Assembly: GCA_035529015.1 (NCBI GenBank)
Contig: DATKXP010000079.1
Span: forward strand, 5,513-69,512
Direction: 5' to 3'
DNA: 64,000 nucleotides
Source: Phycisphaerae bacterium
GTDB lineage: Bacteria; Planctomycetota; Phycisphaerae; FEN-1346
Under the pieces are notes generated by a model that was not told the DNA's origin, did not search any database, and was given only the letters and a program-made list of their open reading frames with translations. A program made the position numbers and the translations under genes. Shown here one piece after another: positions 44,762 to 53,940 of this stretch (position 1 is the first letter of the stretch; each line of letters opens with the position of its first letter).

Positions 44762-46554
44762 CCACTCACGCGAAGCAAGAGCAGTATGAGATTCTCCCTC
44801 CGCATCTCGCTGTTAAGGCGATGCGTGACTCAGGCTACCGGGACACGGCACACGCCTTGGCAGAGCTTGTGGACAACAGTGTTCAGGCCGGCCAGGAAAT
44901 CGACAGCCGTACGGAGGTCGAGGTGCTCTGCATTGACAAGGTCGAGCTGGTGGGAGAGCGGCGCCGTCAGCGCATATGCGAGATCGGCGTGTACGACAAC
45001 GCTTGTGGGATGGATGCCGAAACGCTTCGCATTGCCCTGCAGTTTGGGAATGGCAAGCACCTTGAACCGGCCGAGCAGAAGGGCATTGGCAAGTTTGGGA
45101 TGGGGCTCCCCAACGCCTCGATTTCGCAGTGTCGCCGTGTCGACGTGTGGTCCTGGCAAAACGGTGCCTGCGTGCACACCTGCATTGATGTGGACGAGAT
45201 ACTCAGCGGGAAGCTCCGTAGCGTGCCGGAGCCCAAGTCATCCGGGATTCCCAAGAAGTGGCGTGGGCTCTTCCGGGCCGATGTAGAGGAACATGGGACT
45301 CTCGTGGTATGGTCAAAGATCGACCGCGTGCGATGGAAGACTAGCACAGCCTTCCTCCGGCACGCGGAATTCCTGCTTGGGCGCATGTATCGGTACTTCC
45401 TCGACCACAAAAGGATCACCATACGGCTGTGCTCGTTTGAGGAAACGGGTGGCGACCACAGCACTAGGATCGACCGTGATGTGTTGCCAAACGACCCGAT
45501 GTACCTGATGAAAGGCACTTCGGCGCCCGCCCCGTTCGACGAGGAGCCGGCATTCGATCTCTTTACCGAATACCCCTTGGCTGTGGCCGCAGACGGAAAC
45601 GAATACGAGGTCCGGCTGCGGTTCTCAGTGACGACCAAGAAAGCTCGCCACTGCGGCGGGAGTGCCCCGATCGGCAAGCATGCGGCTAAGAACCTGGGGG
45701 TCTCTCTAGTCAGAGCCGACCGTGAACTGGAAATGAACAACACCTTTGACCTGCGCTACGACCCTCGAGAGAGGTGGTGGGGTGTGGAAGTCCTCTTCGG
45801 TCCGGAGCTCGATGCCGTCTTCGGCGTGACCAATACCAAACAGGCCGCGACTGCGTTCAGGCAATGTGAGCTGGATGAGGACGCGGCGGCTGAAGACTTG
45901 ACGCCGGGCGAATACGAGGAACAGCTTAGGGAATCCAACGATCCACGACTCGCGGTTTACAAGATATCGCACGAAATCACGAAGAACCTCGGGACAATCC
46001 GTGAGCAGATCCAGCGCATGCGCGAGGGTACGCGGAAGCCAGAGGATGTAGCTCCGCCTCCGGGCTCAGCCGAGGACATTGCCACAAAGGCCACGAAGCG
46101 GCGGCGCGAGGAGCTTGGAAAAGAAGGGAAAAGCGACGAGGATGAGGGGCGTCCAGAAGATGAGCGAGAAAAGGAACTTGCGGGCGAACTGATTGCCGAG
46201 GGCGTGGAAGAGAAGGAAGCCAAGGAGATTGCGGTTCAGTATGTTCGTAAGCAAATCAAATACCTCTTCCAGGAAGCGCCGATTCCGGGCGCTGCGATCT
46301 TTGACATTCGTGCCAAGGCCGGCACGATCATCATCCTTATAAACACACGTCATCCTGCCAGCGAACACCTTTTTGCGCTACTAAAGGAGGACGATGATGG
46401 GAGCACGCCGGCCTTGGAGGCGCTGAAGCTGTTGCTGACGGCTTGGGCACGACTTGAGGACGAGGCGGGCGAGATGCGTACGCAGGAGTTGGAGGACATT
46501 CGGTCCGATTGGGGGCGGATTGCGAGAGACTTCCTCCAGGCAGCCGAGGACTAG
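44758..46554 (+). CDS. GHKL (HATPase_c_3 / MORC-like) ATPase
   Basis: ATGA overlap with the helicase; N-box ALAELVDNSVQAG, DNACGMD, GIGKFGMG boxes; acidic coiled region near the C-terminus. Confidence 0.7.
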   Translation: MTTHAKQEQYEILPPHLAVKAMRDSGYRDTAHALAELVDNSVQAGQEIDSRTEVEVLCIDKVELVGERRRQRICEIGVYDNACGMDAETLRIALQFGNGKHLEPAEQKGIGKFGMGLPNASISQCRRVDVWSWQNGACVHTCIDVDEILSGKLRSVPEPKSSGIPKKWRGLFRADVEEHGTLVVWSKIDRVRWKTSTAFLRHAEFLLGRMYRYFLDHKRITIRLCSFEETGGDHSTRIDRDVLPNDPMYLMKGTSAPAPFDEEPAFDLFTEYPLAVAADGNEYEVRLRFSVTTKKARHCGGSAPIGKHAAKNLGVSLVRADRELEMNNTFDLRYDPRERWWGVEVLFGPELDAVFGVTNTKQAATAFRQCELDEDAAAEDLTPGEYEEQLRESNDPRLAVYKISHEITKNLGTIREQIQRMREGTRKPEDVAPPPGSAEDIATKATKRRREELGKEGKSDEDEGRPEDEREKELAGELIAEGVEEKEAKEIAVQYVRKQIKYLFQEAPIPGAAIFDIRAKAGTIIILINTRHPASEHLFALLKEDDDGSTPALEALKLLLTAWARLEDEAGEMRTQELEDIRSDWGRIARDFLQAAED

Positions 46555-46557
46555 CAC

Positions 46558-47526
46558 GTGGCGGATGCCCCGATGGCCTACTTAGTGTGGCAGCCGATAG
46601 GGCTTTTCCTGGAGGAGGTGCTGGGTGGAAAGGACGCGCCTCTCTTGTTCATTGTGCCCTTCATACAGCGAAGGGCGATTGCGCGCATGCTGGACGCGTG
46701 CAGGGACACGGATCAGCTCAAGGTCGTGACTCGATGGCGGGCCGGCGACATTCTGTCGGGAGTCTCGGACCTCGGTGTTTACGACGAGTTGCGGGAGCGC
46801 CGTATACCCCTGTATGTGAATGACCGCATTCACCTGAAATTGCTCGTGTTGAACTCAAACGAATGCTTTGCCGGAAGTGCCAACCTGACTGACGCAGGCC
46901 TCGGCTACGCTCAACACCAGAACATCGAGCTCGGCTGTCGCTCTTTGTTGGAGTCGAGGGACTGGGGGCATGTGTTCAGGATAGTGGAGGAGAGCGCACT
47001 CGTTGACGACACTGTGTTTGAACAAGCCAAGCGTTTCGTTGCAGAGAATGAAACTCAGCCGGAGGAGACCCTTGCCACAAAGCCCTTCACGCACCCACAA
47101 AAGGAGTTCTCCCTTAACGCCTTACCGGCAACGGCGGACCCTTTGCGACTGGAGCAGTTCTTCTGCTCCACGTCACAATCCCATGACGACCCGGAGACGG
47201 AGCGACGAGCGCTCCACGACTTGGTGGTGTTTGACATAGCTGAAGACACTCCTTCGGATAGTTTCCGCGCAGTCCTGGGCGAACGCTTCCGGGCGAAGCC
47301 ATTTGTTCGCGCCTTCGTGGGCTACCTGGAAAGCAAGTGCAGGCTTCGGTTCGGCGAAGCCAATGCGTGGATACATTCGCACTGCTCCGACGTGCCTCTC
47401 CCATACCGTTGGCAGATCAAGGAGAACACGCATATTCTCTACGACTGGCTCGCGTTCTTCTACGACGAGATCAAATGGCGGGTACCTGGGCGCCGATCGC
47501 AGGTGATCTTCTGGGAGCCGGCTTAG
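46558..47526 (+). CDS. PLD-family (single HKD) nuclease-like protein
   Basis: HLKLLVLNSNECFAGSANLT = HxK...GSxN HKD-type motif. Confidence 0.65.
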   Translation: MADAPMAYLVWQPIGLFLEEVLGGKDAPLLFIVPFIQRRAIARMLDACRDTDQLKVVTRWRAGDILSGVSDLGVYDELRERRIPLYVNDRIHLKLLVLNSNECFAGSANLTDAGLGYAQHQNIELGCRSLLESRDWGHVFRIVEESALVDDTVFEQAKRFVAENETQPEETLATKPFTHPQKEFSLNALPATADPLRLEQFFCSTSQSHDDPETERRALHDLVVFDIAEDTPSDSFRAVLGERFRAKPFVRAFVGYLESKCRLRFGEANAWIHSHCSDVPLPYRWQIKENTHILYDWLAFFYDEIKWRVPGRRSQVIFWEPA

Positions 47527-47686
47527 GCCCACGTCGGAGTTGCCCCATGACCCAGACAGCAAGCAAGTCGCGCGCCATATGGCCTCACAACGGTGAGCAC
47601 CCCGATGGCGCCAAACTCGTCGAGTTGACTAACTTCGAAGGCCTGGCCCGCTGAATATCACAGCATGTTGCTGCCGCACCGCGTCT

Positions 47687-47715
47687 CTTGCGGTTCTTGG
47701 TCCACGTGGTTACCA
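47687..47715 (+). promoter_or_regulatory. candidate promoter with palindromic operator for the ArsR-type gene
   Basis: TTGCGG, 17 nt spacer, TACCAT; the spacer contains the perfect palindrome CCACGTGG (47701-47708); 28 nt upstream of the ATG. Confidence 0.3.
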
Positions 47716-47743
47716 TCAGGCGGGCACGCGAAAGAACCTCAAC

Positions 47744-48034
47744 ATGGCAAAGGGAAGCAGATCTGCATTTCGCGACCAGGCCCAGGGTTTTGGGCTGCTC
47801 TCGGATCCGACACGTCTGGGCATCCTCTCGCTCCTCGCGAAGGGCCCGAAGAACGTCACGGCATTGTGCAAGGCCCTCGGCCTGAAGCAGCCCACGGTTA
47901 GCCACCATCTCGGGCTACTCCGGATGGGCCGGCTTGTCATCAATACTCGTCAGGGCAAGTCCGTGGTGTACTCGACGGACAAGGCGAACCTGAAGGCGCT
48001 GGCGTCGGCGCTGGCGAAGCTGATGCCGAAGTAG
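47744..48034 (+). CDS. ArsR/SmtB-family transcriptional regulator
   Basis: LSDPTRLGILSLLAKGPKNVTALCKALGLKQPTVSHHLGLLRMGRLV is a textbook ArsR winged-HTH. Confidence 0.75.
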   Translation: MAKGSRSAFRDQAQGFGLLSDPTRLGILSLLAKGPKNVTALCKALGLKQPTVSHHLGLLRMGRLVINTRQGKSVVYSTDKANLKALASALAKLMPK

Positions 48035-48181
48035 GCTGGCTTATGGGGGCATTGGCCTGTCCTCGTCTCCCCGGTGCGGCCCATTCTCAGCGCCATCCTG
48101 TGGGTCGTCTTGGCGCGGCGGCTATGCCCTGATACGATAGCATCGCCATCAATGGCATTACTGGCTTCGAGGAGGCACACG

Positions 48182-48495
48182 ATGGGCAAGATGGAGCAGA
48201 CGCTCAAGTCCGAGATCACACGACTTGCCAAGAAGCAGGTGCGGGCGACCTGGCCACGCTCGTTGGCGTGTCGAGCAGTGCGGTTGGGTCCTGGGAGTAC
48301 GGGAAGGCCAAGCCCGAAGGCCACAACCGAGAGGCGTTGGTGGCGCTGCGAAAACTGGGCAAGCGCGAGGTGCGAGGAATCTTGGCCGCAAAGGCAGTGG
48401 AATCGCCGACGGAAGCCAAAGGCAGGGCTAGAAGCCGGGAAAAACGACGCGAGGCTTGGCGAATTGGGCGTCTCACATTATGCCACCACCATTAA
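48182..48495 (+). pseudogene. frameshifted XRE-type HTH gene
   Basis: MGKMEQTLKSEITRLAKKQVRA in one frame; from ~48245 the HTH (DLATLVGVSSSAVGSWEYGKAKPEGHNREALVALRKL) continues in another frame with no own start. Confidence 0.4.
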
Positions 48496-48618
48496 GTAAG
48501 ACGGGTGCCCTTGGGGACCGAGCGTTGCCCAGAGCTTCCAGACGGACCTCAAGCAGATTCTGGATGGCCTTGGGCTGGCTGATCGCGTGCGGTTTGAACC
48601 GACAGGAGGGATGAACCC

Positions 48619-49746
48619 GTGATTCGGTTCCTGCACACGAGCGACTGGCAGTTGGGAATGACCCGCCACTTTTTTGCGGAGGGTGCGCAGGAACGCTACA
48701 GCCAGTCGCGGTTCGATGCCGTTCGCACCATGGGCCGCATCGCCAGGGATGAGCAATGCCAGTTCATGCTGGTGTGCGGCGACGCCTTTGAGTCGAACCA
48801 GGTGGACCGGAAGACCGTTGCCCGCGCTCTGGAGGCGCTCAAGGATGTGCCCGTTCCGGTGTTCATCCTTCCGGGTAACCATGACCCTTTGAACGCGGCT
48901 TCCGTATATCGTTCGAGCACCTTCATTGAGCGGAAGCCCCCGCAGGTGCAGGTGATTGAGACCGCCGCACCCATCAAGGTCGCAGAGGGCGTGGAACTGG
49001 TGGGTGCGCCGTGGATGTCGAAGCGACCGGTCACCAATCCCATTGAGGATGCGATCAACGCCCTTGCGCCTGCGAACGGGGTTGCCCGCATTTGCATGGG
49101 TCACGGTGCAGTCGATACGCTTACGCCAGACCGAGAGTCCGCCGGGATCATTTTAGTCGCCGTGCTCGAACGAGCCCTTGGCGAAGGGAAGACTGACTTC
49201 GTGGCGCTTGGCGACCGGCATTCTCTGACCAAGGTCGGCGGCGACCGTATCTGGTATTCGGGGACGCCCGAGGCCACGGATTTTCGGGAGACACAGTCCG
49301 GGTATGCTCTCATCGTGGAGATCGGTGACGGCAGTGTGAACACCAAGGGTATCCAGGTCGGCCAGTGGCGGTTCCTCGAGCGCGAACGGGTTGATCTCAA
49401 CACCGCCGATGATGTGGAAGCGTTATGGAAGTCACTGGAGGGAATTGAGAACAAGGACCGCACAGTCGTTCGGTTGAACCTCGTTGGCTCGCTTTCCCTG
49501 GCCTTGAGCGGCGCGCTTCAGAATCACCTCCTCGCCGCGAAGGACGTTTTCGGTGCCTTCGATGTTCGGGACGACGCACTTCTCGTGCTGCCGGACGATA
49601 CGGATTTTGCCAACCTTGGATTCTCGGGCTTTGCCGACGGAACCGTGCAACGGCTCCGAAGCAAGATTGCGGATGGTGGAGATGAAGGTACGGTGGCCCG
49701 CGAAGCCTTGATGCTTCTGCTTCGGCTGGCAAGGGGGGCGGCATGA
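48619..49746 (+). CDS. SbcD/Mre11-like metallophosphoesterase nuclease
   Basis: FLHTSDWQLG, CGDAFES, LPGNHD, MGHG phosphoesterase motifs in order. Confidence 0.75.
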   Translation: MIRFLHTSDWQLGMTRHFFAEGAQERYSQSRFDAVRTMGRIARDEQCQFMLVCGDAFESNQVDRKTVARALEALKDVPVPVFILPGNHDPLNAASVYRSSTFIERKPPQVQVIETAAPIKVAEGVELVGAPWMSKRPVTNPIEDAINALAPANGVARICMGHGAVDTLTPDRESAGIILVAVLERALGEGKTDFVALGDRHSLTKVGGDRIWYSGTPEATDFRETQSGYALIVEIGDGSVNTKGIQVGQWRFLERERVDLNTADDVEALWKSLEGIENKDRTVVRLNLVGSLSLALSGALQNHLLAAKDVFGAFDVRDDALLVLPDDTDFANLGFSGFADGTVQRLRSKIADGGDEGTVAREALMLLLRLARGAA

Positions 49747-52376
49747 AATTCACTCGCCTTCGAGTCGTAAACTACAGGGGCATAGCTGCCGCCGAAGTGA
49801 AGTTCGGTCCCGCTGGCATTACGCTCGTGCAGGGCCCGAATGAAGCCGGGAAAACCAGTCTTGGCGAGGCCATAGGGCTTCTCTTCGAGTACTTGGATTC
49901 AAGCAAGCATCGGAATATCGAAGCCATCAAGCCGGTCCATCGGGACGAAGGGCCGGAGATCGAGCTGCAAGCGGAAAGCGGGCCTTACGCCTTCACCTAT
50001 CTCAAGCGATTCCTCAAAAGACCGGAAACCAAACTCACTATTACCAAACCCAAGCCCGAAAACCACACGGGACGCGAAGCACACGAACGCGCCGAGGCCA
50101 TCCTCCGCGAAACTCTCGACATTGACCTCTGGAAGGCGCTGACCATTCAACAAGGCGACGCCATTCACCAGCCTGTCCTAACGAAACAGACATCGCTTTC
50201 GGCCGCGCTCGATAAAGCGGCTGGCGGTCGCCCCGCCGATCCTCGGGAAGAAGGCCTGTTCGACAAGGTACAGGATGAATACCTCCGGTACTACACCGAA
50301 CGTGGAGCGGAGCGAAAGGAACTTGCGGAGTCCCGCAAGGCACTGTCAGACACCGAAGCGGAAGTTGCCCGTATCGAGCAGGCAATCCGCGACCTTGACC
50401 AGGACATCGACCGTGCGGCCGCTCTTCAGGGGGAACTGGGCCAACTGAGGAAGCAGGAAGACGAGCTGACGAAGGCAGTGACTGCTCACGCAGCTTCACT
50501 TGAGGAAATAGGCACTTTGGAAAATGCTCTTTCGGCGGCTCGCCTGAAGTTGGAGTCGGCGCAGAAATCCGAGCAGGTCGCCCGCCGAGACAAGGACGCA
50601 CGCCAAGGACTCATTGATGCGGTTGGCAAAGCTGCCAAGGCGCATGGGGACATTGAGGAATCCGGCGTCATGTCGCTCTCGGCGCTGGATCAGGCCGAGG
50701 TCAAGCTCAAGGAAGCGCAGAAGGCTTTCGATGAGAGCGACCAGAAGAGAAAGGCGGCTGATACCCTTGCCGCTCTCGGGCGTGCTGATTTTGACTACTA
50801 CAACAACAAACTGCATCTCGAACAACTCCGGGAACGCAAGGAACGCATTGACCAAGCCAGGAAGAACGCTGCCCAAGCGGAGGAGGTGCTGGTCCGAAAC
50901 AAGGTGGACTCGCGCGCATTGAAGTTAATCGAGGACGCCGAACGTGGGTTGCTGACCGCCAACGCGCAGTTGCAGATCGGTGCACCGAGCGTGCTCCTTC
51001 GCGGCCTGGCCGATTGCCGAATATCCGTTGACGATGCCGAGGTCAAGCTTGGCAAGGGGGAGGTTCGGACGATCTCAGTCGCGGACAGATCCCGTCTGAC
51101 CATACCCGGCGCGTTGGACGTAGAGATCACGGCGGGGGCTGGTGCCGAAGGGCTGTCCAGAAAGGTCGAACAGGCGCGTCGAGTTCTGGATGATGCCTGC
51201 GCCAGAGCGGGCGTTTCCAGCCCCGATGAGGCGAGAAAGGCGTATGAAGAGCGCCGCGAAGCAACCCGGCATGTGGAATTCATAACGCAGGTGGAGAAGG
51301 ATAATCTGCGCGATCTGACCTATGAGGAACTGGACAAGAAACTGCTTGGCCTTCAGACAGCGATGCCCGGCTATCTTGCCAAGCGTGTGGTCGAACCCGC
51401 CATTTGTCCTGACCTGGATTCGGCGAAGAAAGAGCGGGCAAGTGCTGAGGCGTTACAGCAGGAAAGGGGTGGTCAGTGGGAATCGGCTCGCGAGTCACTT
51501 GATGCCGGCCGAAGCGTGCGGGATGGCTTGAACACCAAGCACCAGGAATTGCGGGTCCAACTCGACCTGTTGTCCCAAGACCTCAACCACGCACGCGAAA
51601 ACCTCGAACGGGCGAGAAAGAGCGTTCCCGACGATGCTCTGGAGACAGCTCTGGTGAACGCGGTCCAGACCGTGGCTTCCGAGGATGCCAGCGTTCGTGC
51701 CGCCGAGACCTCACTCAAGGCGAAGAACCCCGACCGGGTGAGGGTATTGGCCGAGACGGCCAAAGGCTCCTTGCGAACGACGCAGAATCGACGGAATGCA
51801 GCTCAAACCGAACTCACCGAGGTACAGACGCGGCTCAAAATCCACGGCGAGGAAGGGCTTCACGAGAAGCTACACGTGGCTCAGACCGGCCTTGAGCGTC
51901 TTGTGGCAGACAACACATCCCTGTTTCGGCGGGCGTCTTCAGCCAAATGTCTCTTCGAGACCATACGAGAAGAGCGAGACAAGGCGCGGCGGGCGTATGT
52001 GGCCCCGCTCAAGGAGAAGATTGAACAGATGGGCCGTTTAGTCTTCGATGACTCCTTCCAAGTGGACATCAGCGAGGAATTACGGATTGCCAGTCGGACG
52101 CTGAAGGGCATCACCGTGCCGTTTGACTCGTTGAGCGGTGGCACAAGGGAACAGCTTTCGCTGATCTTCCGTTCCGCTTGCTCGATGATCGTCGCCAAGG
52201 ATGGTGGAACGCCGCTCATCCTGGATGATGCGTTGGGCTATACGGACCCGGATCGGTTGCGTCTCATGGGGGCCGTGCTGGCAAAGGCCGCCAAGGACTG
52301 CCAGATCGTGATCTTCACGTGTGTGCCCGACCGCTATGGTAACATTGGCGAGGCAACCGTCGTTTCATTGCGATGA
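49743..52376 (+). CDS. SbcC/Rad50-like (YhaN-type) AAA ATPase
   Basis: ATGA overlap with the nuclease; Walker A GPNEAGKTS; ~600 aa coiled coil; signature SLSGGTREQ and Walker B LILDDALGYTD. Confidence 0.75.
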   Translation: MKFTRLRVVNYRGIAAAEVKFGPAGITLVQGPNEAGKTSLGEAIGLLFEYLDSSKHRNIEAIKPVHRDEGPEIELQAESGPYAFTYLKRFLKRPETKLTITKPKPENHTGREAHERAEAILRETLDIDLWKALTIQQGDAIHQPVLTKQTSLSAALDKAAGGRPADPREEGLFDKVQDEYLRYYTERGAERKELAESRKALSDTEAEVARIEQAIRDLDQDIDRAAALQGELGQLRKQEDELTKAVTAHAASLEEIGTLENALSAARLKLESAQKSEQVARRDKDARQGLIDAVGKAAKAHGDIEESGVMSLSALDQAEVKLKEAQKAFDESDQKRKAADTLAALGRADFDYYNNKLHLEQLRERKERIDQARKNAAQAEEVLVRNKVDSRALKLIEDAERGLLTANAQLQIGAPSVLLRGLADCRISVDDAEVKLGKGEVRTISVADRSRLTIPGALDVEITAGAGAEGLSRKVEQARRVLDDACARAGVSSPDEARKAYEERREATRHVEFITQVEKDNLRDLTYEELDKKLLGLQTAMPGYLAKRVVEPAICPDLDSAKKERASAEALQQERGGQWESARESLDAGRSVRDGLNTKHQELRVQLDLLSQDLNHARENLERARKSVPDDALETALVNAVQTVASEDASVRAAETSLKAKNPDRVRVLAETAKGSLRTTQNRRNAAQTELTEVQTRLKIHGEEGLHEKLHVAQTGLERLVADNTSLFRRASSAKCLFETIREERDKARRAYVAPLKEKIEQMGRLVFDDSFQVDISEELRIASRTLKGITVPFDSLSGGTREQLSLIFRSACSMIVAKDGGTPLILDDALGYTDPDRLRLMGAVLAKAAKDCQIVIFTCVPDRYGNIGEATVVSLR

Positions 52377-52384
52377 GCCGATGT

Positions 52385-52631
52385 TCACGTAGATGCCAGC
52401 TCGGCAACAGCTTTGAGTTGCTGGTGCGCGTCATCGAACAGCGTGATGGGCCGCAGGAGGCGTTCGGAAATGGCAGGACGCTCCACCGTGGCGGGCATGG
52501 CCAGTACGGCGCTCCTGAATTTCCGGCACGAGGCGGAGAAGCATCATGATCTGCGTGACGCGGGCGCGCGTGAGGCCTTGAGGTGACAGACGCCTTGTGC
52601 CAAGCACACGGCACCCCACCTGCCGAACCAC
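52385..52631 (-). pseudogene. frameshifted remnant of a small ParB/KorB-like HTH gene
   Basis: GLTRARVTQIMMLLRLVPEIQE in one frame; after one extra C the natural continuation (R)VLAMPATVERPAISERLLRPITLFDDAHQQLKAVAELAST lies in the +1 frame. Confidence 0.35.
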
Positions 52632-52656
52632 CCCACATCAGGCACAAATGGCGGCC

Positions 52657-52685
52657 TTTCCCCCGTGTTCGGCAACGAGTATAAT
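52657..52685 (+). promoter_or_regulatory. candidate promoter for the 52768-54946 gene pair
   Basis: Perfect -10 TATAAT at 52680-52685; poor -35 (TTTCCC); 83 nt upstream of the ATG. Confidence 0.3.
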
Positions 52686-52767
52686 GCCTGCCATTACTGG
52701 TGTCTGCGCCGATTTCCTGTCGGCTGGGGGCCGGAGGGAACGGCAGGTGATACAGGGAGAACAAACG

Positions 52768-53940
52768 ATGGCTCGTCAGTACTCGCCCAAGACGTTCCTA
52801 CGGCAAACACCGAACGTGATTCTGAAGCAGTACTTCACGCAAAAGAATCTGCTCGGCGAGATTGACTTCGACACCTTGGGAGAAACGGAGGTAGAGCCCA
52901 TCTTCGCGGCACTCGAGCAACTACCGCCCGAGGGCCAGGCTACCATCGAAAGGGACTTTTGCGCGATCAACGAGTTGGCTGCGGCGGCTGGCACACAAGC
53001 GATCCTGGAGGAGGCGACGACGTTCTGGAAGAGGGGTTGGGCCGATCAGTTTGAGGCCATGAAGAACCATTATGAACGAGCCTTCTGGACGTTCCTAAAC
53101 GAGCCGCGCATCTTTGGAGTGGCCGGAGACATTGCATTCATGGACCGGATCGGTTCCTGGCGACATCGGTTTGTCGGGGCAAACTTGACGCCCGGCGTCG
53201 GGCCCTCAGACCTGAAGGCCTTGGGGGACGGAGTGTCTAGCCTTTATGTCAAAGAGGGCCGGGGGCGGCACTGCAAAGTGGACAACTACCTGCGACAGAA
53301 CCTGGAACGGCACTGCTACTTTGCCTACCCCGAAGACTACGCGACCACCGACATGGAGTTTGACGAGGAGGGGCAGTTCCAGCATCGCCCACGCAAACCC
53401 GCATTCGAGAACATCTTCGTGTATCGTCCGGCAGAAGGTCTGCTCGAGGTCCATGCCTACGGGAAGAAAGAGCATATCGAGGCCTTGATGGAGGTCTTTT
53501 GTCAGGCAATACTCGGGATGGAGAAACTGCCGGACGAGAGCAAGAAACGGGTCTACGATCTGTCGGACCTCAGGAGCCGTGGCGTCTCATTCGTGACCGA
53601 TCCGGCGGACGGCGTCGAGTCCGTGACCGTCCGTCGACTCCGAATGGACCTTCCCGGAAGCACCAGGCGTCGCATCATCCTGGAGGCAAACGCCTCTCCC
53701 CGCTCTCCACAGGCCATCTACGACCTGATGGATCAGGCCCTGAACAAGGAAAACATTCCCTTGGGTGAGGTCACACTCTCCCAAGCCAAGCTACGGTTTA
53801 CCTTCGCCTCCCGCGACGGCCGGAAAGGTAAGACGTTGACGTTTGAGATCTCCATCCCGGATGGATGCACTCTAAAGGATGATCCGCAGGACCAGGTGGC
53901 AAAGAAGTACCTGCGCAAGTGGGGCCTAATCCGTGAATGA
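52768..53940 (+). CDS. hypothetical protein (390 aa)
   Basis: SD GGGAGA 8 nt before ATG 52768; coding-like composition; no motif recognised. Confidence 0.55.
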   Translation: MARQYSPKTFLRQTPNVILKQYFTQKNLLGEIDFDTLGETEVEPIFAALEQLPPEGQATIERDFCAINELAAAAGTQAILEEATTFWKRGWADQFEAMKNHYERAFWTFLNEPRIFGVAGDIAFMDRIGSWRHRFVGANLTPGVGPSDLKALGDGVSSLYVKEGRGRHCKVDNYLRQNLERHCYFAYPEDYATTDMEFDEEGQFQHRPRKPAFENIFVYRPAEGLLEVHAYGKKEHIEALMEVFCQAILGMEKLPDESKKRVYDLSDLRSRGVSFVTDPADGVESVTVRRLRMDLPGSTRRRIILEANASPRSPQAIYDLMDQALNKENIPLGEVTLSQAKLRFTFASRDGRKGKTLTFEISIPDGCTLKDDPQDQVAKKYLRKWGLIRE

